In this document: positions 1 to 8,902 of the stretch, one piece after another
Numbering within the stretch: position 1 is the first letter of the stretch
How the letters are laid out: each line of letters opens with the position of its first letter
Virus record (IMG/VR): IMGVR_UViG_3300005512_000042
Span: 1-56,552 of that record
Source of the DNA: a virus
Lineage: Duplodnaviria; Caudoviricetes
Strand: one strand, 5' to 3'
DNA: 56,552 nt
The notes under the pieces: model-generated
The model's input: the letters and a program-made list of their open reading frames with translations, nothing else
Database searches by the model: none
What the model was told of the DNA's origin: nothing
Position numbers and translations under genes: made by a program

Positions 1-1403
1 AAATGGTTTAATGTATAATTTCTTTTATTTTTTGTAGAACAGTCATCAGCAATATCATATAAAGTTGCCTTCACTTTATCCTTTCCTTTTCTAAGAACTC
101 TTCCAATACTTTGAAGATTACGGACTCTGGATTTACTTGGAGAGGCAAAGATAACATTATGGAGATTTTTAATATTGATACCTGTAGAGAAAGTTCCATA
201 AGAGGCAACAATAATAGCGTTACGTTCTCGCTCTGTTATCTCTCTAACTAATTCTCTTTCTTCAGCATCCACTCCACCGTGAATGAAAAATACTTTCCTA
301 TCACCTTCCTTATCATTATTTATTCGGTCAAAAAGTATCTGTCCGTGAGATTCTACTCTTTGAAATAAGACAAGAGTATTTCCTTTCATATCTAATGCTA
401 AATTTTTTATAAAATTATTGCGTTGTTCGTGAGTGATTAAATACTGTATCTCATCCTCATAAACATCAAATTTTCTTGGAGGATGTTTAAGAACTAAACA
501 TTGAATATCTAATTGAGACAAATGTCCTTGCCTCATAAGTTCTTCAGTTTTGGTTACTTTATATGATGGACCAAACAACCCCTCTAACACCCACTTATGC
601 GTCTGTGTGCCGTCTAATGTTCCTGTGAACCCGAACCTATACTTTGCATGATGAAGCTTGGTCATAATATTGATTAGTGACTTTGACTTGAACAAGTGTG
701 CTTCATCACCAATGATGACTCCATAGTCTTCAAAGAAGGAACGATCTAACTTATACACAGATTGCCACGTAGTAATAGTTACAGGTGCATCATTACTTTT
801 TTCACGCCCTGAATATATACGGTGACAATATGAATCAGCATCCCACCCATAATCTAAAAAATCCTTATACATCTGTTCTACAAGAGATGTCGTTGGTACA
901 ACTAAAAGAATTTTTTCGCCTCGGTTCTCATAATATCTTACAAGAGAATAAATCATCAAAGATTTGCCAGAAGCAGTGGGCGATATCAATAACTTTCTAT
1001 TATGTTTTAGCGCACCGTATACTCCCTCGATTTGATATTTTCGGGGAGTATGGGAACAAATAGAATTCATATAATCTTTGACACCCTCCATTGAGATATT
1101 CTCATTCTCTTCATATGGAGTGCCATAAAATTTATTATCTTCAAACTTATAACTATATCCGTATTGCTCACAGAAGTTGACAATCTTATCTAACAGACCC
1201 ACATAGATCTGTTTAGACCTCATATCATATAAATGAATTTCTCCGTTCCAATTTCTACCACGATACTGTGGCATAAACTTTGCATTTGGAACTTCAAACT
1301 TGAAATGGTCTCTCAACTCATATTCAATATGAGGTTCTGTTTTTACTTTTAGAAATACTTCATTTGATTTAGTAATAACAAGATTTGCTGTTGTGTCAAT
1401 CAC
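1..1403 (-). CDS. uvsW: UvsW RNA-DNA/DNA-DNA SF2 helicase (3' end runs off the window; absent from ORF track)
   Basis: Manual translation from GTG at 1403: MIDTTANLVITKSNEVFLKVKTEPHIEYEL..., Walker A SPTASGKS (~960-985), DEAH motif (~700-715), QSIGRVLR near 100, NYTLNH at window edge; uvsY-uvsW synteny. Confidence 0.95.
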   Translation of the reverse strand, partial: MIDTTANLVITKSNEVFLKVKTEPHIEYELRDHFKFEVPNAKFMPQYRGRNWNGEIHLYDMRSKQIYVGLLDKIVNFCEQYGYSYKFEDNKFYGTPYEENENISMEGVKDYMNSICSHTPRKYQIEGVYGALKHNRKLLISPTASGKSLMIYSLVRYYENRGEKILLVVPTTSLVEQMYKDFLDYGWDADSYCHRIYSGREKSNDAPVTITTWQSVYKLDRSFFEDYGVIIGDEAHLFKSKSLINIMTKLHHAKYRFGFTGTLDGTQTHKWVLEGLFGPSYKVTKTEELMRQGHLSQLDIQCLVLKHPPRKFDVYEDEIQYLITHEQRNNFIKNLALDMKGNTLVLFQRVESHGQILFDRINNDKEGDRKVFFIHGGVDAEERELVREITERERNAIIVASYGTFSTGINIKNLHNVIFASPSKSRVRNLQSIGRVLRKGKDKVKATLYDIADDCSTKNKRNYTLNH

Positions 1404-1424
1404 GATGATACATTCATCTGCAAA

Positions 1425-1432
1425 TATTTATT
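1425..1432 (-). promoter_or_regulatory. T4-type late promoter (AATAAATA) upstream of uvsW
   Basis: TAAATA core about 20 nt upstream of the start codon. Confidence 0.55.
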
Positions 1433-1613
1433 ACATACTGTCAAACTGATGTTGTAAGATAATTCTATAAAAGTTATCTCTCATCATTTTAATATCTTCT
1501 TGCTCAATTGGATCACCACCTGTCCACTTTTCATAATGAAATGATAATGATTTGTGAATTATTTTGATTGCCTCTATTGGCAAATCTAAATTGTAATACT
1601 CTGGTTCTTCCAT
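1431..1613 (-). CDS. Hypothetical protein (60 aa)
   Basis: ATG start overlapping the uvsY stop; fills the uvsY-uvsW gap. Confidence 0.75.
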   Translation of the reverse strand: MEEPEYYNLDLPIEAIKIIHKSLSFHYEKWTGGDPIEQEDIKMMRDNFYRIILQHQFDSM

Positions 1614-2050
1614 TATCCCAATCCTGCGTTAAATCTCATAAACTCAATCGCATTTTTAATTTGATAAGTGCGATTGCTTATCTGCTTTAATATACTTTCT
1701 ATGTAAACCATCATTGTTTCATAGTAATCAATCTTCAAAGAGATTGCTGAGAGTTTCTCATCTGCATCCAAATATTTTTGCATAGTTTCTTTATCCCTAA
1801 TCTTTTTAGGAAATGGATTCTCTATATAAACATCAGGATCTGCTTTTCCACTAAAATATTCATATCTTTCGTGACGAATATTTTTTCTTTGTTGTTCTGC
1901 TCTTCTTCTGAGTAAGTTTATGTTATTATATAAGTCAAAATATTTTGCATGTAATGCAGGAATATTCAATGATTCAGTATGTAGGTTGTCAGGATCAATC
2001 TTTGAATCTTTCTCCCACATCTCCTGAATATTATCAAGATCAAAACTCAT
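1613..2050 (-). CDS. uvsY: UvsY recombination mediator protein
   Basis: WEKDSKID...SLNIPALHAKY...RTYQIKNAIEF motifs; position between gp3 and uvsW. Confidence 0.92.
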   Translation of the reverse strand: MSFDLDNIQEMWEKDSKIDPDNLHTESLNIPALHAKYFDLYNNINLLRRRAEQQRKNIRHERYEYFSGKADPDVYIENPFPKKIRDKETMQKYLDADEKLSAISLKIDYYETMMVYIESILKQISNRTYQIKNAIEFMRFNAGLG

Positions 2051-2610
2051 AAAGGATTACCTCTCGCATCTGTAATATTATAACTGACATATTTGAATGA
2101 TACATCAGCAGTAAAGTATTCAATGTCAGTATCAGTAGCATCAAAAGAAACTGTTGAAAGACTATATGGAAATAAGTCTTTAAAATTTACCTGAAAACTG
2201 GGAAGGTTGTTACTATTTAATATTTGAATAGAACCATCAGAATAAATTTGATCACCGTCCTGAGAAAAACGTTTTTGACCAGTTATATTATTAGGTAAAG
2301 TTCTCTGTTTATCTAAGTCATCAAATTCTTTGAGACTATCTGGAAAACCAAGACCACGAATCCAATTTTGAATTTGCATATAGTTGGTCATGTCCTCATC
2401 AATCAAGAATCTAATGTTCAAATCACCAAATTCAATTTGATCTCCAGGTACTGGAATAGTTTTTAGATAACTTCTTTGCTCAGCAACACCTAAAGTCAAT
2501 TCAGGAATATTTGCTTGATTGCAAAAATATGATACCTTCTTAATTCTGTCGATTGTAAATACAAACCCAACAGGTGCAAGAAAGTTCCTGTTCTCAATTG
2601 GTGTAGACAT
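2047..2610 (-). CDS. gp3: Tail tube terminator / tail completion protein gp3
   Basis: NFLAPVGF, FCNQANIP, FLIDEDMTNY, F.DLFP.SLS motifs; follows gp23 as in cyanophages. Confidence 0.9.
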   Translation of the reverse strand: MSTPIENRNFLAPVGFVFTIDRIKKVSYFCNQANIPELTLGVAEQRSYLKTIPVPGDQIEFGDLNIRFLIDEDMTNYMQIQNWIRGLGFPDSLKEFDDLDKQRTLPNNITGQKRFSQDGDQIYSDGSIQILNSNNLPSFQVNFKDLFPYSLSTVSFDATDTDIEYFTADVSFKYVSYNITDARGNPL

Positions 2611-2621
2611 CGTTTTTTAGA

Positions 2622-2629
2622 TATTTATA
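2622..2629 (-). promoter_or_regulatory. Late promoter TATAAATA upstream of gp3
   Basis: Exact T4 gp55 consensus. Confidence 0.75.
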
Positions 2630-2634
2630 GACAT

Positions 2635-2660
2635 AAAAAAAGGAGACCCGAAGGTCTCCT
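2635..2660 (-). terminator. Rho-independent terminator after gp23
   Basis: AGGAGACC-TTCG-GGTCTCCT followed by a T run on the minus strand; UUCG tetraloop. Confidence 0.9.
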
Positions 2661-2680
2661 GTAAAATATGTGGACAAGAC

Positions 2681-4099
2681 TCACATGAGGTTCTTGACTG
2701 CAACACGTCTGTAGTAGCGGTTGCTGTTGACGCGAAGGCGACCAGCACCCACGTCAAGACCTTCAGCGAAGGGGTTAGCGACCAGACCATATCTGGTCTT
2801 GAAGCCAATCTTGGGCTGGAAGGAGTTCTCACCAACGGCACGAACCATCTGGAGGGGAACGTAAGGGCAATAGAACAGACCAGCGTCATAAGGAGAAGAA
2901 CCCTTATAACCAACAACGTAGTACTGGTTACCACCAGCAGAGTTGTTTGAGGTCAGGTTTGCTGAATAAGGATCGATGTAGACGCGATACTTACCTTGCA
3001 GAACACCAGCGAAGGTGTTACCAGTGTCATCAACGTTCAGGTTAGCGTTCAGAGCAGGGGTGTAATCGAGTACACCAGCCATGGTCAGTGCGGATGCTAC
3101 GTCAGCAGAGCACATGATCATGTTGCCCTTTCCTCTACGAGTGCGCTGTGCAATTGCGTTAGCGTCACGCTCGATTTGGAACAGGAGACCCTTGAACTTC
3201 TCAACGGACCAACGACCATTGGAGTCGATGTCCAGGTCGAACTGACCAGCAGTTGCGGTGTTAGAAACAGCACCTTGCTCAGCAACCTTATAGATGGTTC
3301 TGATGACTTCTCTGTTGATCTCAGCAAGGATCTCAGTAGAGAGGATGTTAGCAAGTTCTGCTTCAGCATTCAGACCGTGGATTGCCTTGAGGTCTTGTGC
3401 CAGTTCCAAGGAGTACTCAGCTTTGAGTGCTCTGGACTTCGCAGTAACGGTAACCTTCTCAATGCTGAATGCCATCTGGTTGAAGGCATTGTTGCCGCCA
3501 TCCAGATCTTCAGCGGTTTGAGTGGTCATGCCGCCACCAACGTTATACGCTGTGGAGGTAGCAGAACCAACAGGGTTCAGAACTGCGGGATTAGAACCAG
3601 CCTGTGCAGTTGTACCCAGACCAGCATTAGCGTCAGCGAAACCACCGGTCTCATCGAAACCAGCGTCCTGACCAGAGAATGCGGTATCAACTTCGTCGAA
3701 GAAGGTCTCAGAACCGTTCTGGTTGGTATACTTAGAACGCATCGCGAAGATGAGTCCAGTAGGACCAGACATAGGCTGAACACCTGCCAGGTCATATGCG
3801 ACCAGGTTAGGCATAGAGCGTCTGATCAGGGAGATCAGAACGGGGTCGAAACCTGCAACAGGAGAAGCAGCACTACCGCTGAAACCAGCATTACCGGTTG
3901 CGGAAGGATCAGTGTTGACGTTAGGTGCCTCAGTCAGCATTCCGCCATGCTCGAATGCGGATTGCTCTCTCAGGAATTTTTCTTGGTTTTCAAGCAGGAC
4001 AGCAGTAACAGCTCTTCTATGAGGATCAGAGATCTTATCACAACCTTCATGGTTGAGAAGAGGTGCCCACTTTTCCTGCAGATGCTCGGATTGGAACAT
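2681..4099 (-). CDS. gp23: Major capsid protein gp23
   Basis: DPVLISLIRRSMPNL, GVQPMSGPTGLIFAMRS, FQPKIGFKTRYG signature motifs. Confidence 0.99.
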   Translation of the reverse strand: MFQSEHLQEKWAPLLNHEGCDKISDPHRRAVTAVLLENQEKFLREQSAFEHGGMLTEAPNVNTDPSATGNAGFSGSAASPVAGFDPVLISLIRRSMPNLVAYDLAGVQPMSGPTGLIFAMRSKYTNQNGSETFFDEVDTAFSGQDAGFDETGGFADANAGLGTTAQAGSNPAVLNPVGSATSTAYNVGGGMTTQTAEDLDGGNNAFNQMAFSIEKVTVTAKSRALKAEYSLELAQDLKAIHGLNAEAELANILSTEILAEINREVIRTIYKVAEQGAVSNTATAGQFDLDIDSNGRWSVEKFKGLLFQIERDANAIAQRTRRGKGNMIMCSADVASALTMAGVLDYTPALNANLNVDDTGNTFAGVLQGKYRVYIDPYSANLTSNNSAGGNQYYVVGYKGSSPYDAGLFYCPYVPLQMVRAVGENSFQPKIGFKTRYGLVANPFAEGLDVGAGRLRVNSNRYYRRVAVKNLM

Positions 4100-4150
4100 T
4101 TGCTTTTACCTTTTGGTTAGTGGAAGTTTACGTTTGAATTGATAATAAAT

Positions 4151-5254
4151 TCAGGATTTGCTCAGACCAAAGTTACCCATGGTTCTAAGGTATGCAGCCA
4201 TTGAATCTGTGTACTGAACACCAGATACATCAGTGCCCTCAGATAGGGTTTCAGTTTTAGTCTGTGTTGGAGTCTGCTTGGAAGCGAAATACGATTCCTT
4301 CAGGGTTTCCAGTTTTTCACGATAAGTTTCTTCACTTTCAAACTCAACACTTTCCGCTAGGGAAGCAAGTTTTTCCTTTTGTGTGGACGCGAGTCCATCG
4401 GAAACTTGATCGAGAATACCATCTGCAACTGCCTCGGAGAGACGGTTATTCAGACCGATGTTCTTCTCAATTTGCTCGTTAAGCTTGGTCTCCATTTCAT
4501 CAAGTTTTTCTACCATGCTCTCAACTACATCATATTTTTCTTCAGGGATTGATACATAATGTTCTTCAAAAAGATTTTTCATTCCAGAAAGGAATGATTC
4601 AGTCATTTCGGTTTTGATACCGTTTTCAATTGTGAGTGCGTTTTCTTCAAACCACTCATCAGCGACATACTCAAGGTAAGAATCAACACGCTCAGCAAGT
4701 GCTTCCTTCTCTTCATTAAGAGCAGCAGCAAACTTCTCTTCGTATTGCTCTTCCAGAGTTGCTTTAATTTCGCTAAGTTTAGCGTTGATAGCAGCTTCAA
4801 AGATAGTCTTTGCTTTTTCTTTGAACTCCTCAGAAAGTTCTTCGCCACCAAGAAGTGCGTTTACATCTTCTTCGAGGTCATACTCAGCAACTTCTTCTTC
4901 GGATTCAGAAACTACCTCTTCGGTGGTCTCTTCCTCTTCTTCAAGAAATTCTTCTGTGTCGAACTCTTCTTCTTCTTTTTTCATGGATTTCATGGAATCT
5001 GCGGACTTTGCACCTTTGGTGACTACGTCTTTGACCTGCTTGAGAGTTCCGCCTGGAGTATTCAGCTTTGCTGAATCATCATCAGGTTTGTAGTTCTCGG
5101 GGGTAGGACCACCAAGATCTTCGACCGAACCCAGTTGGGTTCCTGGATCAGACATTTTAGGCATTGCTTCAGCAGCCTTCGCACCACTGTTAACAGCAGT
5201 ACGGGATTGTTGTGTCTTTACTTCCATTTCTTGTAATGATTTTCCACGGGACAT
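4151..5254 (-). CDS. gp22: Prohead core scaffolding protein gp22
   Basis: Very acidic coiled-coil, LSEEFKEKAKTIFEAA motif; between gp21 and gp23. Confidence 0.95.
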   Translation of the reverse strand: MSRGKSLQEMEVKTQQSRTAVNSGAKAAEAMPKMSDPGTQLGSVEDLGGPTPENYKPDDDSAKLNTPGGTLKQVKDVVTKGAKSADSMKSMKKEEEEFDTEEFLEEEEETTEEVVSESEEEVAEYDLEEDVNALLGGEELSEEFKEKAKTIFEAAINAKLSEIKATLEEQYEEKFAAALNEEKEALAERVDSYLEYVADEWFEENALTIENGIKTEMTESFLSGMKNLFEEHYVSIPEEKYDVVESMVEKLDEMETKLNEQIEKNIGLNNRLSEAVADGILDQVSDGLASTQKEKLASLAESVEFESEETYREKLETLKESYFASKQTPTQTKTETLSEGTDVSGVQYTDSMAAYLRTMGNFGLSKS

Positions 5255-5292
5255 TTGAACTCTCCGATTACCTTTCGATTTTAATCTATATT

Positions 5293-5300
5293 TATTTATA
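5293..5300 (-). promoter_or_regulatory. Late promoter TATAAATA upstream of gp22
   Basis: Exact consensus in intergenic gap. Confidence 0.75.
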
Positions 5301-5303
5301 AAG

Positions 5304-5954
5304 TTACAAATTAGAAAGGAACTGATCGAATAAGAATAACTTATTCTCCTCTAATTGTTTTGTGTTTGCCAGAGTATTGATTTGAGCATACGTCTTCTCC
5401 GCAAGTTTTTCGCGAAGAATACCACCATCCCATACCCAATCCTTTCCTTCCATAATACCTTCAACGAAAGCATCAGGGGCAGATGGATCAGCAACAATAT
5501 CTGCAGCAGTGGCGAGCATAAAGTCTTCGCCAACAACGTTTACACCTTCGCGGGTTTGCTTCAGTGAACCAATACCGCGAGAAGAAACGCCAAGTTTTAC
5601 ACCTTCATCAATCAGTGAAGCAGCAATCTTACCCATAGGGGTGCTGAGAATTTTTGCTTTACCGATGAAGTTTGAACCACTCTCTTTTAGAGAAACGATC
5701 TTGTGAGAAACACGGTCAAGATTTACAGTAGGACCATCAGGATGACCCAATTCACCAAGTGCTCTACCAGAAACAATGTTGCTTTCGTTATAACGAGCAA
5801 CCTCTCTTCTCAGAGTTTCCATAGGATACATACGACCGTTACGGTTCTGAATGTTACCCTGAAGGAAAACACCTTCGATATACAGACTCTTTTTACCGTT
5901 GCGTTGTTCAACGATAAATTCTACCTGTTCGATTTCTTCTGTGATAAGTTTCAT
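5304..5954 (-). CDS. gp21: Prohead protease gp21
   Basis: MKLITE, NRNGRMYP, ALGELGHP, GVSSRG, DIVADPSAPDAFV motifs. Confidence 0.97.
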   Translation of the reverse strand: MKLITEEIEQVEFIVEQRNGKKSLYIEGVFLQGNIQNRNGRMYPMETLRREVARYNESNIVSGRALGELGHPDGPTVNLDRVSHKIVSLKESGSNFIGKAKILSTPMGKIAASLIDEGVKLGVSSRGIGSLKQTREGVNVVGEDFMLATAADIVADPSAPDAFVEGIMEGKDWVWDGGILREKLAEKTYAQINTLANTKQLEENKLFLFDQFLSNL

Positions 5955-5958
5955 TTTT

Positions 5959-6225
5959 TTAATTGGTGAATCCTACTTTTGCTCCTCTCAATGTACCAGT
6001 CGCATATAAAAATTCACCTGGTTTCTTTTGAACATATTCAACAGTTCCATCAGGAATTGTGATGAATGATGTTGTTGCAGCACCAACAATTGTTGTGAGT
6101 CCCACAGTTCCAGAAGAACCAGAAACATTAACGACTCTAACTACTGTTGCAGAACCAAAAGAATTTGCAGAACCAGCAAGAGTTGGAATTGCAATTTCAT
6201 TTTCTATAATTAATGCTCTGGACAT
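5959..6225 (-). CDS. Small beta-rich hypothetical (likely virion) protein, at the T4 gp68 position
   Basis: 88-aa ORF with its own late promoter, between gp20 and gp21. Confidence 0.75.
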   Translation of the reverse strand: MSRALIIENEIAIPTLAGSANSFGSATVVRVVNVSGSSGTVGLTTIVGAATTSFITIPDGTVEYVQKKPGEFLYATGTLRGAKVGFTN

Positions 6226-6246
6226 TGTATTAATACTGATATATTT

Positions 6247-6254
6247 TATTTATA
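6247..6254 (-). promoter_or_regulatory. Late promoter TATAAATA
   Basis: Exact consensus upstream of 5959..6225. Confidence 0.7.
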
Positions 6255-6255
6255 A

Positions 6256-6444
6256 TTATTCTATATCTTCTTCTGCTTCGGAATCTTCCACTTCGATTTC
6301 ATCTTCACCAAAAATGCCGTTGGCAAGAACAGGACGGGCAGAATCAATTCTTGCTGCACTTTTTGCGAAGAGTAAATCCTTAATTGTATCACTGATCTGA
6401 GACGGAGATTCGTCAGCAATAATCATATCTAAAAGATCATCCAT
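6256..6444 (-). CDS. Small acidic prohead core protein, gp67-like
   Basis: 62 aa, acidic C-terminal tail, directly downstream of the portal as for T4 gp67. Confidence 0.65.
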   Translation of the reverse strand: MDDLLDMIIADESPSQISDTIKDLLFAKSAARIDSARPVLANGIFGEDEIEVEDSEAEEDIE

Positions 6445-6472
6445 TGAAAAAATATTAGTAATTAACTACAGG

Positions 6473-6480
6473 TATTTATA
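6473..6480 (-). promoter_or_regulatory. Late promoter TATAAATA overlapping the gp20 stop
   Basis: Exact consensus. Confidence 0.7.
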
Positions 6481-8179
6481 TCTCACCACCCTTAGGAATT
6501 TGAGGTGCTTCAGTTGCACCTTCATCTGGTGATGGTTCAACTTGAGGTTTACCTAAATTTGCTGGTGCCGTTGGATCAGGAGATCCTCCTCCTCCTGCTG
6601 CTGCATCAAATGGTAATCCTGTTGCTGGATCAATTGTTGAAGGATCTGGATAAAGACCAGCCTCAATTTCTTTCTTCATCAACTCATCTTGCTCAATAAT
6701 ATCCATATCAGTTTGACGAAGAACCTGACGACGAATGAAATCTTGTGAGTAGTACTTACCAATATATGGTTCTGCAGATTGAAGAAGAGTCATTCTCTCA
6801 TTCATCAGTTCAGCATCTTTTAGTTCAGAGAAGTGGTTATCATACAAGAAGTCATATTGAATATACTCACTCATATTCTGCCAATCTTCTGGAGTAATAA
6901 TATTCTTCAGAAGTAACTGAGTTTTCAGCATATCATTGAACATATTTGAGAATCTCTTTCTCAAACGCCCAACAAACTTAGTGAACTTCAGTTCATCTCT
7001 TAGGATTTCAGAAGATCTCCCCAGGTTAAACCCACCTTCTCCATCCATTCTTGAGGGTGGAACATTGAGTGCTCTGTATAGTTTCTTCTTAAAGTATTCA
7101 ATATCAGTGATTTCTCCAAGATTTTGGCCTCCTGGCAGAGTTGAGATTTCTGTTCCCCTTCCGCCTTCTCTGCGAGGCAACCAAAAATCTTCAAGCATTG
7201 ACATGTATTTTTTGTCATCTCTGATCTCTCCGGTCTGTGCATCATATACAAGTTTGTTTCTATAACGTTGCATAACGTCACGCAGATATTGCTCTGCCTT
7301 TACCTTAGGAAGATTACCAACGTCAATATAGAAAATTCTACGTTCTGGTGCTCTTGAAAGTCTGTAAATTACCAGAGCATCTTCAATCATTCGGAGTTGA
7401 TTGAGTGCTTTGATTGCCTTGTGAAGATAAGAAAGTGTGATGCCTTTGTTTCTGTCTACAAGACCAGAAGTACAATAGGCAACAGAATCCTTGGTCATTT
7501 TGATTCCTTTATCACCCTGTTGGTTTGTTAAAGGATTGCTAGATGGATATGAACCTTTTGGATTGTAAATAAAGAATTCATCAATATCAGGAAAATCGTA
7601 AGTAGAAGCATCTTGCTCTTCTCTAAAACTTCTAACTGAAGAACCATCTTCACCAGGTTTCTTCTTTTGCTTTCTTACATATCGCATCTTCATTGCGTCA
7701 ATCCAACGCAACTCTTGAATACCCTCTTCAGGTTTCTTTAAGTCGATGATTTTATGATAATAAAGGCGACCATCAATGTACCAATTTCTATAGATTTCGT
7801 GTGCCTTATTATTAAAATCTAAAAGATCGAGAATATACTTGAATTCTTTACGAATTTTTGTCTTTATACCATCACTGGCATTGAGTTTTGAAAGTTCAAT
7901 ATCAACTGGACTTTCATTTGTATCTGATACTATTGCTTCGTTTACAATATCTTCAATCGCAGTGTCAACTTCGGGGTGAAGTGACATCTCTCTATACCTA
8001 CGAATTAGATCGTATTCTGTTCTGTAAATGCCTTCAATATCAAGGTAGGAACCGAAAAAACCACAACTACTTGAATAATAATCAACCCCGTCCCCATTAT
8101 TAGGGGGGACAGGGGATACTGTAGTTGGTGTTTGTTTTTCGGCATCCTCAATTGAGAATCCAAATAATCTTGACGCCAT
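6476..8179 (-). CDS. gp20: Portal vertex protein gp20
   Basis: RAPERRIFYIDVGNLPK, EDFWLPRREGGRGTEI motifs. Confidence 0.99.
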   Translation of the reverse strand: MASRLFGFSIEDAEKQTPTTVSPVPPNNGDGVDYYSSSCGFFGSYLDIEGIYRTEYDLIRRYREMSLHPEVDTAIEDIVNEAIVSDTNESPVDIELSKLNASDGIKTKIRKEFKYILDLLDFNNKAHEIYRNWYIDGRLYYHKIIDLKKPEEGIQELRWIDAMKMRYVRKQKKKPGEDGSSVRSFREEQDASTYDFPDIDEFFIYNPKGSYPSSNPLTNQQGDKGIKMTKDSVAYCTSGLVDRNKGITLSYLHKAIKALNQLRMIEDALVIYRLSRAPERRIFYIDVGNLPKVKAEQYLRDVMQRYRNKLVYDAQTGEIRDDKKYMSMLEDFWLPRREGGRGTEISTLPGGQNLGEITDIEYFKKKLYRALNVPPSRMDGEGGFNLGRSSEILRDELKFTKFVGRLRKRFSNMFNDMLKTQLLLKNIITPEDWQNMSEYIQYDFLYDNHFSELKDAELMNERMTLLQSAEPYIGKYYSQDFIRRQVLRQTDMDIIEQDELMKKEIEAGLYPDPSTIDPATGLPFDAAAGGGGSPDPTAPANLGKPQVEPSPDEGATEAPQIPKGGEI

Positions 8180-8190
8180 GATTTATTTTC

Positions 8191-8220
8191 TAGGGTATAC
8201 TCCTGTATACCCTATTTAGT
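8191..8220 (-). promoter_or_regulatory. Late promoter (ACTAAATA, 8213-8220) overlapping a 10-bp-stem hairpin (8191-8214) in the gp20 leader
   Basis: TAGGGTATAC-N4-GTATACCCTA perfect inverted repeat. Confidence 0.65.
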
Positions 8221-8226
8221 TATTAA

Positions 8227-8862
8227 TTATTGACCGCCTGCGTCATTCAAACTACCGCCATCACCGTTCTCAAGTGCCTGAGTAGTAGGACCAGAAGAAC
8301 TTGCCAGGATGTTGTTGACCTGGAATTCTACTGTAAACTCCTCAATCTGATCGCCATTCTCATAAGAGAGATCGATCTGAGAAACGTTGGTGGGGAAGAT
8401 ATCAATGAATTGATATTGTGCGATGATGACGTTCTCTTCACCTTCGTTGTTGATGGAAGCCATCGTGCTGCCTCTACCCAAATGATAGACAGTAGCGTTA
8501 GACATATACGCTGCTGGTTGTGTAGCACCGATGTTGTTGTCAAGACGTGCCATCAGTTCAACCCACTGCTCAAATGCACGGCGGATTGCTTGGTTCTCAT
8601 CATTGATAACAGTGATGGTCCAAGGATCGATGGTTCTATCACCAGCAACCTTGAAGATACGTCCTCTGAAAGGAACATCAACTGACGCGATGTTTGAAGC
8701 AGGGATTGCTGCTGCCTTACACATAAACTGGAAGGTTTCAGCATCCCAACCAATACCGCCAGGGAAGGCGGTAAGTTCTACTTCAAACAAGTTGGGGCGA
8801 GCACCGCCACCAATCAGTCTAGACTTGAACTGTGAAAGATTTTTGTTTGCTCTTGTTGCCAT
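8227..8862 (-). CDS. gp19: Tail tube protein gp19
   Basis: GGARPNLFEV, VPFRGR..KVAGDR, IEEFTVEFQ motifs. Confidence 0.97.
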   Translation of the reverse strand: MATRANKNLSQFKSRLIGGGARPNLFEVELTAFPGGIGWDAETFQFMCKAAAIPASNIASVDVPFRGRIFKVAGDRTIDPWTITVINDENQAIRRAFEQWVELMARLDNNIGATQPAAYMSNATVYHLGRGSTMASINNEGEENVIIAQYQFIDIFPTNVSQIDLSYENGDQIEEFTVEFQVNNILASSSGPTTQALENGDGGSLNDAGGQ

Positions 8863-8902
8863 TGTTTTTTCCTCTTATGGTAGATAGTTAGTATTTTTTA
8901 GA

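Noticed and set aside
785-1063. 92-aa plus-strand ORF
   Set aside because: Antisense to uvsW, which the track missed because it has no stop codon within the window.
2617-2934. 105-aa alternative-frame ORF overlapping the gp23 3' end (possible frameshift extension)
   Set aside because: It runs through the gp23 terminator and no clear slippery site was seen.
2996-4120. 374-aa plus-strand ORF
   Set aside because: Antisense shadow of gp23, explained by strong codon bias; no recognisable motifs or expression signals.
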